Source: Candidatus Heimdallarchaeota archaeon | GTDB lineage: Archaea > Asgardarchaeota > Heimdallarchaeia > Heimdallarchaeales > Heimdallarchaeaceae | Direction of reading: 5' to 3' | Assembly (NCBI GenBank): GCA_030603365.1 | Contig: JAUVXV010000001.1 | Span: forward strand, 416,001 to 480,000 | Length of the DNA stretch: 64,000 nt | Shown here: positions 19,774 through 29,894 of the stretch, one piece after another | Layout of the letters: every line of letters starts with the position of its first letter | Numbering within the stretch: the stretch's first letter is position 1 | The notes under the pieces: model-generated | The model's database searches: none | What the model was told of the DNA's origin: nothing | Seen by the model: the letters and a program-made list of their open reading frames with translations, nothing else | Position numbers and translations under genes: made by a program

Positions 19774-20580
19774 ATGAAAGAATGGTCCCTGATTTCTTGG
19801 AATGTGAATGGGATTCGAGCTGTTTCAAAGAAAGAAGTTAGTGAAAATCTGAAATTCAATGAATGGATGAACAAAACTTCCCCTGATATATTATGTATTC
19901 AAGAAACTAAAGCTCACCCTGAGCAATTAACTGGCAAGTTATTGAATCCTCAAGGATATCTAAGCAATTGGTCTTCAGCTGAAAGAAAAGGGTACAGTGG
20001 TGTCGTAACCTATTCAAAGACTAAACCAATAGAAATAAACACAAAACTAGCTGATGAGAGGTTTAACAATGAGGGGAGATTGATGGAAACTGAGTTTTCT
20101 GATTTTGTTTTATTGAATGTCTACTTTCCAAATGGAAAATTGAATGCTGAAAGACTTAAGTATAAAATGGGATTTTACGATGTTTTTTTGGAGCATGTAG
20201 TCAATTTAAGAAATCAAGGAAAATCAGTTATTATCTGTGGTGATGTCAATACTGCTCATACTGAGATTGATTTAACTCATCCTAAATCCAACGAAGATGT
20301 TTCTGGTTTTCTACCTAAAGAACGTAAATGGATAGACAAATTGATTTCCATAGGTTTTGTAGACATGTTTAGACATTTCAACAAAGAGCCACAATACTAT
20401 ACCTGGTGGTCCATGAGGAATATAGTCAAAGGTGTTACGGCAAGAGAAAGAAACGTAGGCTGGAGGATAGATTACTTCTATGTCTCAGATGATCTAATTG
20501 ATAAAGTATCTGAGTCCTATATGCTTAAGGATGTAATGGGTTCAGATCATTGTCCAATCGTACTCAAATTGAAAGTCTAA
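19774..20580 (+). CDS. xth: Exodeoxyribonuclease III / AP endonuclease
   Basis: SWNVNGIRA, QETK, GYSGV, GDVNTAH, YTWW, GWRIDYF, GSDHCP. Confidence 0.97.
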   Translation: MKEWSLISWNVNGIRAVSKKEVSENLKFNEWMNKTSPDILCIQETKAHPEQLTGKLLNPQGYLSNWSSAERKGYSGVVTYSKTKPIEINTKLADERFNNEGRLMETEFSDFVLLNVYFPNGKLNAERLKYKMGFYDVFLEHVVNLRNQGKSVIICGDVNTAHTEIDLTHPKSNEDVSGFLPKERKWIDKLISIGFVDMFRHFNKEPQYYTWWSMRNIVKGVTARERNVGWRIDYFYVSDDLIDKVSESYMLKDVMGSDHCPIVLKLKV

Positions 20581-20648
20581 GAGCTGAATTGTCTGTTTAT
20601 TAGGACATGGTTCACAACACTTATTTTTGTTTATCTTTTTTTTTTGCT

Positions 20649-21434
20649 ATGTTCGAAATAGTGAAGTTAGAAGACATCGACATTCAGAAATTTTGGGACT
20701 ATGTCCTCAAAGATATCCCTGGGTATTTCTTCTTCATACTTGATCAAAAACAATATCCAGAGAGTAGTCAATTCTTGATTGCTTTAGAAGAAGAAAATAT
20801 AGTGGGAATATGTCTAATTTGGAAAAAGAGCATTGTACATGTCCGTAGTCATGATGAGGAAATTGTGAAAGCTCTATATGATGCAGTACCAAAAGATCTT
20901 ACGATTACACAAATTAATTTTCCAATTCAACATAAAGAACTATTACATAGCTTAGTTCCAAAACCAAAACACAAAATCTCAATACACAGAATGTTACTAA
21001 AAAAAGAGAACATGATTCCTAGATTTCAATTAGATAAACCTTTTACTCAAAGAGCTTTAACTAAAGAAGATGCTGAAGAGATTGCTAGACTTTGTGCGAA
21101 AGCTGAACCAGTTTTTTGGGGTAAAATGAAGGCTGAAAATTTCGTTTTTGATGAAAATCAGATATATACAGGTTTACTTGATGGTAAGAAACTTATATCT
21201 TTCACATTGGCATGGATTGACGAAGCTGCAGCCATAATATCAACAGCAGCAACACTTCCTGAGTACCAAAATCAAGGATTAGCAACATATCTAGTTAATG
21301 AAAGTATTCATAGGATGATGGAGAATACTGAAATCGCTATTATACATGTTGTTACAGATAATGCCCCTGCAATCAAGGTATATTCTAAAGTAGGGTATGA
21401 AGTTTATGCAACTTATGAAATGGTAGGAATTTGA
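20649..21434 (+). CDS. GNAT family N-acetyltransferase
   Basis: 'TLPEYQNQGLA' motif A, 'DNAPAIKVYSKVGY'. Confidence 0.9.
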   Translation: MFEIVKLEDIDIQKFWDYVLKDIPGYFFFILDQKQYPESSQFLIALEEENIVGICLIWKKSIVHVRSHDEEIVKALYDAVPKDLTITQINFPIQHKELLHSLVPKPKHKISIHRMLLKKENMIPRFQLDKPFTQRALTKEDAEEIARLCAKAEPVFWGKMKAENFVFDENQIYTGLLDGKKLISFTLAWIDEAAAIISTAATLPEYQNQGLATYLVNESIHRMMENTEIAIIHVVTDNAPAIKVYSKVGYEVYATYEMVGI

Positions 21435-21474
21435 GATAGTTGATTATCTTAAAAAATAAAGTGATTAGTAAAAA

Positions 21475-22743
21475 CTAGTTGGTTGATTTCTTTTTTGTTT
21501 TAATCATCAGGAAATCAGGAAGTGTATCATTATCCATATAAGCTTGCCTTGGGTATTTCTCCACTATCTCTTTAGATGCTTTGGGTTCACTCATCTCTAT
21601 TATTTCTAAATCATTCTTAACTAGCTCATTTACATAATTGCTTATTGGTCTAGGAAATGCAAGTGATGGTGTTTCCCATCCAAATGGAAGTAAAGTTGGT
21701 CTTTCATCGAAATAATCCAAAGCAATTTTGCGTTTATCTTCATTTCTTTGACTATCAGGAGGAACTCGCATAGACGTAGTTGCAGGCCAAGCAAATGCAG
21801 GATGTGTGATGCTAAAAACAAAGATACCCTCTTCTTTCAAAACATGAGAGATGTTTTTGATTGTAGTTTTATAATCAGCGATATCCATTAGAGCCATATT
21901 ACATATGACCTTGTCAAAAATAGCTGTTTCGAATTCATTCGATAATTCTTCAGCACTCATCTTCAAGTATTGAATTCCTAACTTATCTTCATGTTCACTT
22001 TCCATTGCTCTATCAATCATTTTTGAAATATCGATTCCTGTCACTTTTGCTCCATGCTTGGCCAGATATCTAGCAACAGTTCCCTCACCACAAGCTACAT
22101 CTAGAATGATTTCATCCTTTTGGGTATCAAGCAGGCGATATACTTCGGGTAATATTAAGTTGGTATGATGATATTCTCCCTCTGCTTCAGGAGATATCCA
22201 GAACTGTGCCATTTTATCCCAAGTAGACTTTGGAGTATAATCATCTAAAGAGTCTAGTCTAGTGTGCTTGGGTGCTTTTCCTAGAGCAAGTATTCTTTCT
22301 GATCCCCAAGATCTGTGAGGGAATTCTTGAGACTTTAATTCTTCTTTATAGATGGGCATCCAGATAACAACATCCTCCTTTGGAATAAGATCACCAATTT
22401 GAAAAGGGTGTTGACCATCATATTCTGCAAAATCTAAAGCAGGATTGGGTGAATTACATTTATGACAAGGAATATTGTAATAGTAATCGTAAATGAGAAA
22501 TTCTTTTCTTACCATTTTTTCTTCTACACAACGGAGACATGTGAACACTTTACAGTCAGAACACCATGCAATTCCATTAAAATGTGTCTCTTTACCACAT
22601 TTACTACATTCATACTGCCAATGTAGAAAACAACGAGGTGTAAAAGATTCCTTTTCATGATAAGCGAAATTTTGTGGGTAATCAGTAGCAATTTTAGCAT
22701 ATTCAGAACAATAGAAACATGTGACATACTCTGAAGATGTCAT
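21475..22743 (-). CDS. Cys-rich Zn-binding domain fused to a class I SAM methyltransferase
   Basis: N-terminal CFYC, C..H, CSKC, CSDC, CLRC, CHKC; C-terminal 'ILDVACGEG', 'GIDIS', 'FVFSITHP'. Confidence 0.87.
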   Translation of the reverse strand: MTSSEYVTCFYCSEYAKIATDYPQNFAYHEKESFTPRCFLHWQYECSKCGKETHFNGIAWCSDCKVFTCLRCVEEKMVRKEFLIYDYYYNIPCHKCNSPNPALDFAEYDGQHPFQIGDLIPKEDVVIWMPIYKEELKSQEFPHRSWGSERILALGKAPKHTRLDSLDDYTPKSTWDKMAQFWISPEAEGEYHHTNLILPEVYRLLDTQKDEIILDVACGEGTVARYLAKHGAKVTGIDISKMIDRAMESEHEDKLGIQYLKMSAEELSNEFETAIFDKVICNMALMDIADYKTTIKNISHVLKEEGIFVFSITHPAFAWPATTSMRVPPDSQRNEDKRKIALDYFDERPTLLPFGWETPSLAFPRPISNYVNELVKNDLEIIEMSEPKASKEIVEKYPRQAYMDNDTLPDFLMIKTKKKSTN

Positions 22744-22778
22744 AATAGAGATAAAGATGAAGAGTATAAAAAAATACT

Positions 22779-23125
22779 CTATCGTTTCTTCTTAGTGTCT
22801 TTGTGGTGCAAAATAGAAATTATGAACAGTAAGCTTCCAAAGCCAGATAAAGACCAGAATCCTGATGTTTCATTAGAATATCTGTCAAAATACTCTGGCA
22901 TGTATTCGATGTAAATAAAAGGCACCATCATTTCCTCAACTTCCACCCATGACCAAAGATAGCTTTGACCATTACTTATTTCTGTAACTGTGAGATTTGC
23001 ATAACCTTCTTCAGTAAAATTTGTGAAATAGGTTGGTTGTTCTCCAAGAACTCTGTAATCGAACCATTCCAAGCTCTAGCAGTTCCAACATTATATGTTA
23101 TATACAAACCACTATTATCTCTCAC
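22779..23125 (-). pseudogene. 5'-truncated, frameshifted third copy of the adjacent surface-protein family
   Basis: One frame reads YITYNVGTARAWNGSITE and another continues YRVLGEQP...YLWSW plus a TM; matches paralog motifs GTARAWDG/GTAAAWNG. Confidence 0.75.
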
Positions 23126-23140
23126 CTAATCAAGATCAGT

Positions 23141-24055
23141 TTAAAGCTTAAATCTAAATTTCCTTAAAATTAAGGAAAATACTAACATTCCTAATAAAGA
23201 AAAGAAATATTCAAAGTAAAGAGTTGTCGGAGTAGTATTAGGCGTTGTCGGAGTAGTATTAGGAGTTGTAGTGTACTCCTCTGTTCTTTGGAAATCATAA
23301 CCTACTCCTACATGATTGTACTGTTCAAATTGAGATTCAGTCCAAAATTTCCATTTATAGCTCTTACCGTTTTCAATATCTGTGATAATCGGCATATTTG
23401 GATTTGTATCATTTATTTCTGGATAATAGAAATGTGGTTCTATTTCATAGACTCTGAATTCAACAATTTCTGTAGTTACACCATCCCATGCTCTAGCAGT
23501 TCCTATATCGTAAGTGAAGTATGTATAGGTTCCTGAAAATGAGACTGAAGAATATGAATATCTTACTGTTGTGTTTGAATACCCTTCACAAGTAACATTG
23601 CACAGTGCAAAAAGTCTATATCCACTCAGTCCAGAGTCGAAATATTCTTCATACCAAGAAGCATATGGTTCATCGTTTGAATTTGGCCAGAATAATTCAA
23701 ATCCTGTTTCTAATCCATTTACTTCAACACTAAAATTCCATTGTATGTAATCATCCATAGATACGAAAGGAGCTGCTAGAATAATTTCGGTTGTATTATC
23801 TGGGTTGTATAGTGTATAGTTTCCATCAAAAACAACCAATTGTTCATGATAATAACCATATGACCAATTTATGTCCATTAACACATTTGCCTCTATCATC
23901 TGAAGATTAGTATCGTTCACCGGTAGAAATCCACCTGAAGAAACTTGAATAATTGAAATTGGATTGCCTACTAAAAATACATTTATTGGAAGAAAAAACA
24001 CAGAACCTAATAATATAAAAACAAAAAAAGCGAAATTTTTCTTTGACAGAGACAA
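23141..24055 (-). CDS. Secreted, C-terminally anchored surface protein (DUF4424-like), paralog 1
   Basis: Signal peptide; 'GGFLPVNDT.LQM.EANV', 'FDGNYT.YNP', 'YDIGTARAWDG'; many NxS/T sequons; Thr/Pro linker and C-terminal TM. Confidence 0.8.
   Translation of the reverse strand: MSLSKKNFAFFVFILLGSVFFLPINVFLVGNPISIIQVSSGGFLPVNDTNLQMIEANVLMDINWSYGYYHEQLVVFDGNYTLYNPDNTTEIILAAPFVSMDDYIQWNFSVEVNGLETGFELFWPNSNDEPYASWYEEYFDSGLSGYRLFALCNVTCEGYSNTTVRYSYSSVSFSGTYTYFTYDIGTARAWDGVTTEIVEFRVYEIEPHFYYPEINDTNPNMPIITDIENGKSYKWKFWTESQFEQYNHVGVGYDFQRTEEYTTTPNTTPTTPNTTPTTLYFEYFFSLLGMLVFSLILRKFRFKL
23223..23269. repeat. 21-bp tandem repeat (2+ copies) encoding the PNTTPTT linker
   Basis: gttgtcggagtagtattagg(c/a) x2 plus a partial copy. 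Confidence 0.85.
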
Positions 24056-24204
24056 TTTTATCGCATAACAATTGTATTCTCAATATTTATATTTTTACTT
24101 TAATGAAGAACCGGTATTTGTTAACTTCTGTTTCTTGTATGTTGAAGCCAGCTTCCTCGAGATACTCCTTGTATATATCTTCATTCTGTTTGGTTCCTCT
24201 AACT

Positions 24205-25098
24205 TCATATCTTGTGTTGAATTACTCTTTTTCTTTTGTATAATGTAGAAATTAAAACCAAAGATGATAAACCTATCATCAAACCTTCATTGGATACTAA
24301 CCACAAATCACTAGATATGTAACTTATCTCAATACATTTTTCTTTGATTCTCTCATTTTCCCAAATCCATGAATATTCAAAACCATTTTGAATCTGTTCA
24401 ATAATAGGTTCTTTGTTAATCCAATGAGTTTCATTAAAACTATAACATGAAAAATCATGAGGTTGTTTACCGTAAATTGAAAATACCACAGTTTCAGTAA
24501 TGTTTCCATTCCATGCTGCAGCGGTACCAACATCATACACGAAAGCATAGATGTTCTTGTTTCTATCCATTTTAAGTGTGATAGTATCAAAACTGTATCT
24601 AATTGTTGTATTTGAATATCCTGTGAAAGTGATATTGCATATTGCAAAAAACCTCTCATAATATATGCTTGAACCAAAGTAATCCTCCCACTGAGTAAAG
24701 TTAAGACTTTCATCAAAAATGTTAACTATTGTATAATTTAACAGAGTGTTTTCCACTTCAATTTTCAATGAATCGGCTATGTCATCAGAAAATGAGAAGA
24801 AAGGTGCCCCTATAAATGTCTCAATTGTAATATTAGGATTGTAAATTGTATAGTTCCCATCAAATAAGATTCTGAACTCTCCTTTTTCTCCGTAAGTTTC
24901 ATCAATATCAAATCTTACATTAGCTTCAACCATTTGAAGATAAGTATCGTTTATTGGTAGTAATCCTCCTGATGCATCAAAGCCTACTTCAACTGCATTA
25001 CCAGAACAGAGTGTGTCATGATTTATCATCAAAGATATGGTTAACAAAGATATAAGAACGACTTGAAGAAATAACTTCTTGGATTTCAGTACAACCAT
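24205..25098 (-). CDS. Secreted, C-terminally anchored surface protein (DUF4424-like), paralog 2
   Basis: Same motifs as 23141-24055 (GGLLPINDT.LQMVEANV, FDGNYTIYNP, YDVGTAAAWNG). Confidence 0.8.
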   Translation of the reverse strand: MVVLKSKKLFLQVVLISLLTISLMINHDTLCSGNAVEVGFDASGGLLPINDTYLQMVEANVRFDIDETYGEKGEFRILFDGNYTIYNPNITIETFIGAPFFSFSDDIADSLKIEVENTLLNYTIVNIFDESLNFTQWEDYFGSSIYYERFFAICNITFTGYSNTTIRYSFDTITLKMDRNKNIYAFVYDVGTAAAWNGNITETVVFSIYGKQPHDFSCYSFNETHWINKEPIIEQIQNGFEYSWIWENERIKEKCIEISYISSDLWLVSNEGLMIGLSSLVLISTLYKRKRVIQHKI

Positions 25099-25287
25099 TG
25101 TTGCAGATACGTTCTCTTAATATCTTATTACTTTTTCGCAGGACCGTAATATTCATACGGAAAAATATGTTTTCATTATTCTGCAAAGGAAGGGACCTTT
25201 TTGGATGGGACACTATGCAAGAACATCCTACCTTCTCGGCAGTGGAAATGACCTGCTCTTCCAATGGAGTATTTTGAACTAAAAAAA

Positions 25288-25956
25288 TTACCTATCTACT
25301 ATTCCTACTCCTCTGATTCCTCTTTTAGCAATCCAATCAATAATCATCTCCCTAAGTTCTTGGAGACCTTCTAAAGTTGCACATGAGGTATTCAAACTTT
25401 TAATGTGATTGATATCAATAGGAAGCGCATGATCGTTAACATACTCGAGTATTGTTGAGGTTACATTTGCAATATTTTTCTCATCAGGTTTATCTAAATC
25501 AACTTTATTGGAAATAAGAACAACCAATGTATCTTCATAAATCCATTCTTTTGCTATAGCAAACCTTAACCAAATCTCAAGAGATTCAAGCGTACTAAAT
25601 CGAGTAACATCATATATCAATAAGAGCACTGAAACCCTTAACAAAGCTGGAAAGCAGTCAAAAACCGATAATATCTCATCAAAAGTTGTACTTTTATCAG
25701 ATATCTTCTGTCTTTGTCCTGGAAAAACATAAAACTGAAGAGTAGTAGTTATGGGTAAGTCGTCTACTTCTACTTTTTCACTGCAGAACTCTAATTCTAT
25801 GTTATATGATTTCTTTGTTTTAAGTAGAATTTCTTTAAGCTCTTCATCTGACACGTTTGGATTGATGATTAATCTAGAAAGTACGGATTTCCCAGTAAAC
25901 CCATCACCTAGAGGGATAACTGATCCAGTAGCATAGTGCTTAATTTCATCTGCCAT
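25288..25956 (-). CDS. Ras/Rab-like small GTPase with an atypical G3 motif
   Basis: G1 GDGFTGKS, G3 position VFPGQ, 'LLIYDVT..STLESL..W', G4 NKVD, G5 TSC. Confidence 0.85.
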   Translation of the reverse strand: MADEIKHYATGSVIPLGDGFTGKSVLSRLIINPNVSDEELKEILLKTKKSYNIELEFCSEKVEVDDLPITTTLQFYVFPGQRQKISDKSTTFDEILSVFDCFPALLRVSVLLLIYDVTRFSTLESLEIWLRFAIAKEWIYEDTLVVLISNKVDLDKPDEKNIANVTSTILEYVNDHALPIDINHIKSLNTSCATLEGLQELREMIIDWIAKRGIRGVGIVDR

Positions 25957-26053
25957 AGAATTCAACAATGTTCATTGTAATGTAGACTTAATCAAAGAAC
26001 ACATTGTATCAATCAAATAAAATTCTTTGCAAAGTAGCAACCAATAGAATCTT

Positions 26054-26299
26054 TCAGAGTAATTCCTTTATTTTATCAATCCCAAGAATTCTTCCTTCGA
26101 TTACGACTTTACCATCTATTCGTAATGCTGGTGTCATAAAGACATCTAAGTCTGCGAATCTGGTTATATCAGTAAAATGTTCAACTTCATATTCTTCTGT
26201 TTTACTAGCTTCTTCAACAGCTTTATTAGCTATTTCGTACTGTTTTTCACATTTACTGCATCCTTTTCCAACTACTTGTATCAATTTCTTTTCTGTCAT
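26054..26299 (-). CDS. Small thioredoxin-like redox-active disulfide protein (MTH895 type)
   Basis: 'GKGCSKC', 'VFMTPALRIDG'. Confidence 0.9.
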   Translation of the reverse strand: MTEKKLIQVVGKGCSKCEKQYEIANKAVEEASKTEEYEVEHFTDITRFADLDVFMTPALRIDGKVVIEGRILGIDKIKELL

Positions 26300-26314
26300 A
26301 ATTTCACCTTCTGT

Positions 26315-27766
26315 TTATACAAACGTTATCGGTTCATGAGAGACTATTAACCCAAAGAGCAATCCTGCTAATACTGTAAATATTATAACTAGAAGGATAT
26401 ACACAAGATTTTTTTTATCTCCTATAAATTTACGTGTAACTAAAATACTCTGAATGGATAATTCAGGATCTGCCAATAAATAAGCAAGCAGTACTCCTCT
26501 AGCCATACCCAAATCTAGGAACATCTGTGCAATTGGTACTTCCATTAAGGTTGGAAAATATGCTATTACACCAAATGTAACACCTGCAAGATTAGCTACT
26601 ACTGTGTTTCTACCTGCTATATTTTGAATAAATTCAGGAGGAATAAGTTGCCTTAACATACCAGCTAGAAAAACTCCCAGAATTAGATATGGAAAAATTT
26701 TCTTAACAAAAATCCATGTTTCTTTCATCCACTCTTTGCTATCTTCCTTGTCAAACTTCTTAATAGCATAGATGACAATTACTCCTGCTACTATAAGTGA
26801 AAGAACTGTCTTTATACCCATGTTCGCTAAGTCTATTCTGAAAGCTTCAGATGCAAAATATTCTAAAGTACCTACCAATTCAGCTCCTCCTCCTGAACTT
26901 AAGAACTGACTGATATCTATAGAAATCCAGTAATGTATGGTACTTATAAATCTAGGTCCTCCTTTTGCGATTGAGAAGTAACTGATTTGTGATGTACCAG
27001 TAAAGAGTAGATATATTAATCCCAGAAAGATATTTGTTTTTGCATTTTGAATTATTAAACAACACACGATTAAGAGTAGTAATCCTGTTCCCCAGATAAT
27101 TGTTTGAATTAACGCTGGATTCTTAACTCCAATTGACTGTAAGTTGTTTCTATTTAGAAAAGCTATAAGCACTCCGATAATAAGAACTAAACTTGCTACA
27201 AATCCTTTCAAAATATCCATAGCTTCTATTTCTCTTCTTTCATTAATCTCGGGATTTTGATTTTCTTCTTTTACTTCTTTTCCATTCTCTTCTAAATTCT
27301 CTTCTTTGTTTTTCCTATCTCGAAAGATTAGATCCATCAATAATCCAATAACCACTGCAAATACTAAAGCAAGAATAGCTCTAGCTATTGCAACATCCAT
27401 ACCTATCAAGGTACCTGTGTAAGTTATTGCTAGAATATTAACTGCTGGTGCTGAAAATAAGAATGTCATGGCAGGCCCAAGTCCAGCACCCTTCTTCTTA
27501 ATTCCAGCGAAAAGTGGTAAAACTGTACATGAACATACTGCTAGTAAAAAGCCTGAAATTGCTGCAACTGGATATGCAATAATTTTCTTGGAATCCTTAC
27601 CCATGTATTTAATAATCAAATCTTTTGGAACAAAAACGATCATGGCCCCTGCAATAAAGAATGCGGGAATCAAACATAGTAACACATGTAGTGATAGATA
27701 GTCTGCGAGAGCTAAGACTCCCCCTAAAAGTACTTCGCCTGCTTTTATCCAAAACCAATGCACCAT
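26315..27766 (-). CDS. DUF318/ArsP-family permease
   Basis: 'HVLLCLIPAFFIAGA', 'LAVCSCTVLPLF', 'FLFSAPAVN', 'YFPTLMEVP'. Confidence 0.9.
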   Translation of the reverse strand: MVHWFWIKAGEVLLGGVLALADYLSLHVLLCLIPAFFIAGAMIVFVPKDLIIKYMGKDSKKIIAYPVAAISGFLLAVCSCTVLPLFAGIKKKGAGLGPAMTFLFSAPAVNILAITYTGTLIGMDVAIARAILALVFAVVIGLLMDLIFRDRKNKEENLEENGKEVKEENQNPEINERREIEAMDILKGFVASLVLIIGVLIAFLNRNNLQSIGVKNPALIQTIIWGTGLLLLIVCCLIIQNAKTNIFLGLIYLLFTGTSQISYFSIAKGGPRFISTIHYWISIDISQFLSSGGGAELVGTLEYFASEAFRIDLANMGIKTVLSLIVAGVIVIYAIKKFDKEDSKEWMKETWIFVKKIFPYLILGVFLAGMLRQLIPPEFIQNIAGRNTVVANLAGVTFGVIAYFPTLMEVPIAQMFLDLGMARGVLLAYLLADPELSIQSILVTRKFIGDKKNLVYILLVIIFTVLAGLLFGLIVSHEPITFV

Positions 27767-27783
27767 TATTTCACCGACAGTTC

Positions 27784-27803
27784 ATATCGAAATTATTCGA
27801 TAT
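27784..27803. promoter_or_regulatory. Palindromic operator, candidate ArsR binding site
   Basis: Perfect ATATCGAA-n4-TTCGATAT abutting a minus-strand TTTATATA box, between the divergent permease and arsR genes. Confidence 0.65.
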
Positions 27804-27893
27804 ATAAATATGATGGTTGCAATGCTTGAAATTTATAAAGAATGAGGTTTTGATAGAAACTTTTATGTTTAGTAATTAGAATTATTTTTGAAT

Positions 27894-28319
27894 ATGACTG
27901 ACAGTAAACATGAGAAATCAAAAAAAGAGTTGGAACAGAAATTATCTCAATTGCATAAGCAAGGGGTTGTAAAAGAGATTGCAGAGAAGAGAATCATTGA
28001 TCTAGAACTAATAGAGAAGAGTATTCCTAATATGAGGAAAGATGAAAGTATAAGCAAGATGTTAAAATTATTCAAAGCTCTAGCCAATAAAAATCGTCTA
28101 ATGATCCTTTGGTTGCTAATGAAAGGAGTAAGATGTGCATGTGAGATTGAACATTTGCTCAAACTGTCACAATCTACTGTATCTCATCATATCAATTCTC
28201 TTGTTGAAGTTGGAGTAATAGATGCAGTAAAATCTGGAAAATGGAATTTAGTAGAGTTAAATGAAAAAGAATTTTCAAAAGAATTTTTCCTTTCTTTATT
28301 GAGTTCCATAATTGAATAG
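27894..28319 (+). CDS. ArsR/SmtB family metalloregulator
   Basis: 'FKALA...RL.IL..L...RCACEI...L.LSQSTVSHH...L...G'. Confidence 0.92.
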   Translation: MTDSKHEKSKKELEQKLSQLHKQGVVKEIAEKRIIDLELIEKSIPNMRKDESISKMLKLFKALANKNRLMILWLLMKGVRCACEIEHLLKLSQSTVSHHINSLVEVGVIDAVKSGKWNLVELNEKEFSKEFFLSLLSSIIE

Positions 28320-28601
28320 ATTCAGTTACTAACTACTATGAATGATGTTGACTTCTATTCTATTTCAATATTAGATATTAGAAGAAAATATTGACTACAT
28401 ATAGGTTAATCATTAAACTGTGTCTGAAACAAATTCTGAAATGATTAAAACCTATAACTAGTGCAAATATTATCCTCTTGTAATAAATAATTTTCTCGAA
28501 AAAGTAGAGATATTTGTTTGATTAGAACTTCATAGTTATGGAGAAATCTTTAAAGTTGTAAGATAGACATGCTTTGTAACAATCATCTGGATGTATATAG
28601 A

Positions 28602-29846
28602 ATGTATGAACAATTTAGTGAAATTGGACCACACTTTGAGTTGAGTGAAACACATAAAATGGTTCGACAAAGTGTTAGGGAATTTGCTGAAGCTGAAATT
28701 GCCCCTTATGTTAAAGAATGGGATCAAGAACAGGTATTTCATAAACCAATTTTGAAGAAGATGGCAGAACAAGGTCTTCTTGGAATAAGTATCCCAGTTA
28801 AATATGGTGGAGGCGGTCTAGATTATATCGCACTAGCTATAGCTTGTGAAGAACTTGAAAGAATAGATACTGCATTTAGAGTAATCTTATCTGTCCATAA
28901 TGGATTGTGCTGTTCAACTATTTGGCAATGGGGTACAATGGAGCAAAAGAAGCAATACTTACCAACTTTAGCTACAGGAGAAACAATGAGCACTTACGGT
29001 TTAACTGAACCTGCTGCTGGAAGCGATCCAGCAGGACTCAAAGCTACTTGTAAACTTGAAGGTGATGAATGGATAGTTAATGGAGAAAAAATGTGGATTT
29101 CATACACAGAATCTTCTGATATCTTCCTTGTTTTCGCTTATGAAATAGATGTTCGTCATAAAGGTATGAGAGCGTTTATAGTTGAACGAGACTTTGGAGG
29201 TGTAACTTCTGGTAATCTTCATCACAAAATGGGTGTAAAAGCTGGTGAAACAGGATGGGTTAATTTTGATAACACTCCTATTCCAAAAGAAAACTTACTT
29301 GGTGAACCTATTGAAGGTTTCAAGGTAGCAATGGCAGCTCTAGATTGGGGTCGTTATACTGTCGCTGCTGGTGCTGTTGGTGGAGCTAAAGCATCTTTAG
29401 AAGCTGCAGTTAAATATGCTAATGAACGTGAAACTTTTGGTCAAAAAATAGGTCACCATCAATTCATACAAGGAATGGTAGCTGATAGTGTTGCAGATAT
29501 TGAAGCTGCAGAATTACTGACATGGAAAGCAGGATGGACAAAGAATCTTGGAAGAGTCAATACCCGTGAAACATCAATGGCAAAATGGTATGCAACTAAT
29601 GCAGCTGTCAGATGTGCAGATCGTGCAATACAGATACATGGGGCTTATGGATTCTGTGATGATTATCCAGTAGCAAGATATTATCGAAATGTTCGAGGAG
29701 CAACAATTTACGAAGGAACTAATGAAATTCAGAAGATTATCCAAGCAAGATATGCTTTGGGTTACTATGAAGATAAACCACTTCGTTGTATGCCACCTAA
29801 GTATGACCCTGAAGAATGGGCAAAAGAGAATACAGATAAATTCTAA
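28602..29846 (+). CDS. Acyl-CoA dehydrogenase
   Basis: 'GLTEPAAGSD', 'NGEKMWIS', 'R.TFGQKIG..Q', 'QIHGAYG', 'IYEGTNEIQ'; start 28602 or 28569. Confidence 0.96.
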   Translation: MYEQFSEIGPHFELSETHKMVRQSVREFAEAEIAPYVKEWDQEQVFHKPILKKMAEQGLLGISIPVKYGGGGLDYIALAIACEELERIDTAFRVILSVHNGLCCSTIWQWGTMEQKKQYLPTLATGETMSTYGLTEPAAGSDPAGLKATCKLEGDEWIVNGEKMWISYTESSDIFLVFAYEIDVRHKGMRAFIVERDFGGVTSGNLHHKMGVKAGETGWVNFDNTPIPKENLLGEPIEGFKVAMAALDWGRYTVAAGAVGGAKASLEAAVKYANERETFGQKIGHHQFIQGMVADSVADIEAAELLTWKAGWTKNLGRVNTRETSMAKWYATNAAVRCADRAIQIHGAYGFCDDYPVARYYRNVRGATIYEGTNEIQKIIQARYALGYYEDKPLRCMPPKYDPEEWAKENTDKF

Positions 29847-29894
29847 TTCTCCTTTTCTTTTTATTTCTTAATCTTAAAAAATTAAAATAGATAA

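Noticed and set aside
25016-25264. 82-aa ORF over the structured intergenic segment
   Set aside because: TTG start, out-of-frame overlap with the downstream gene and no motif.
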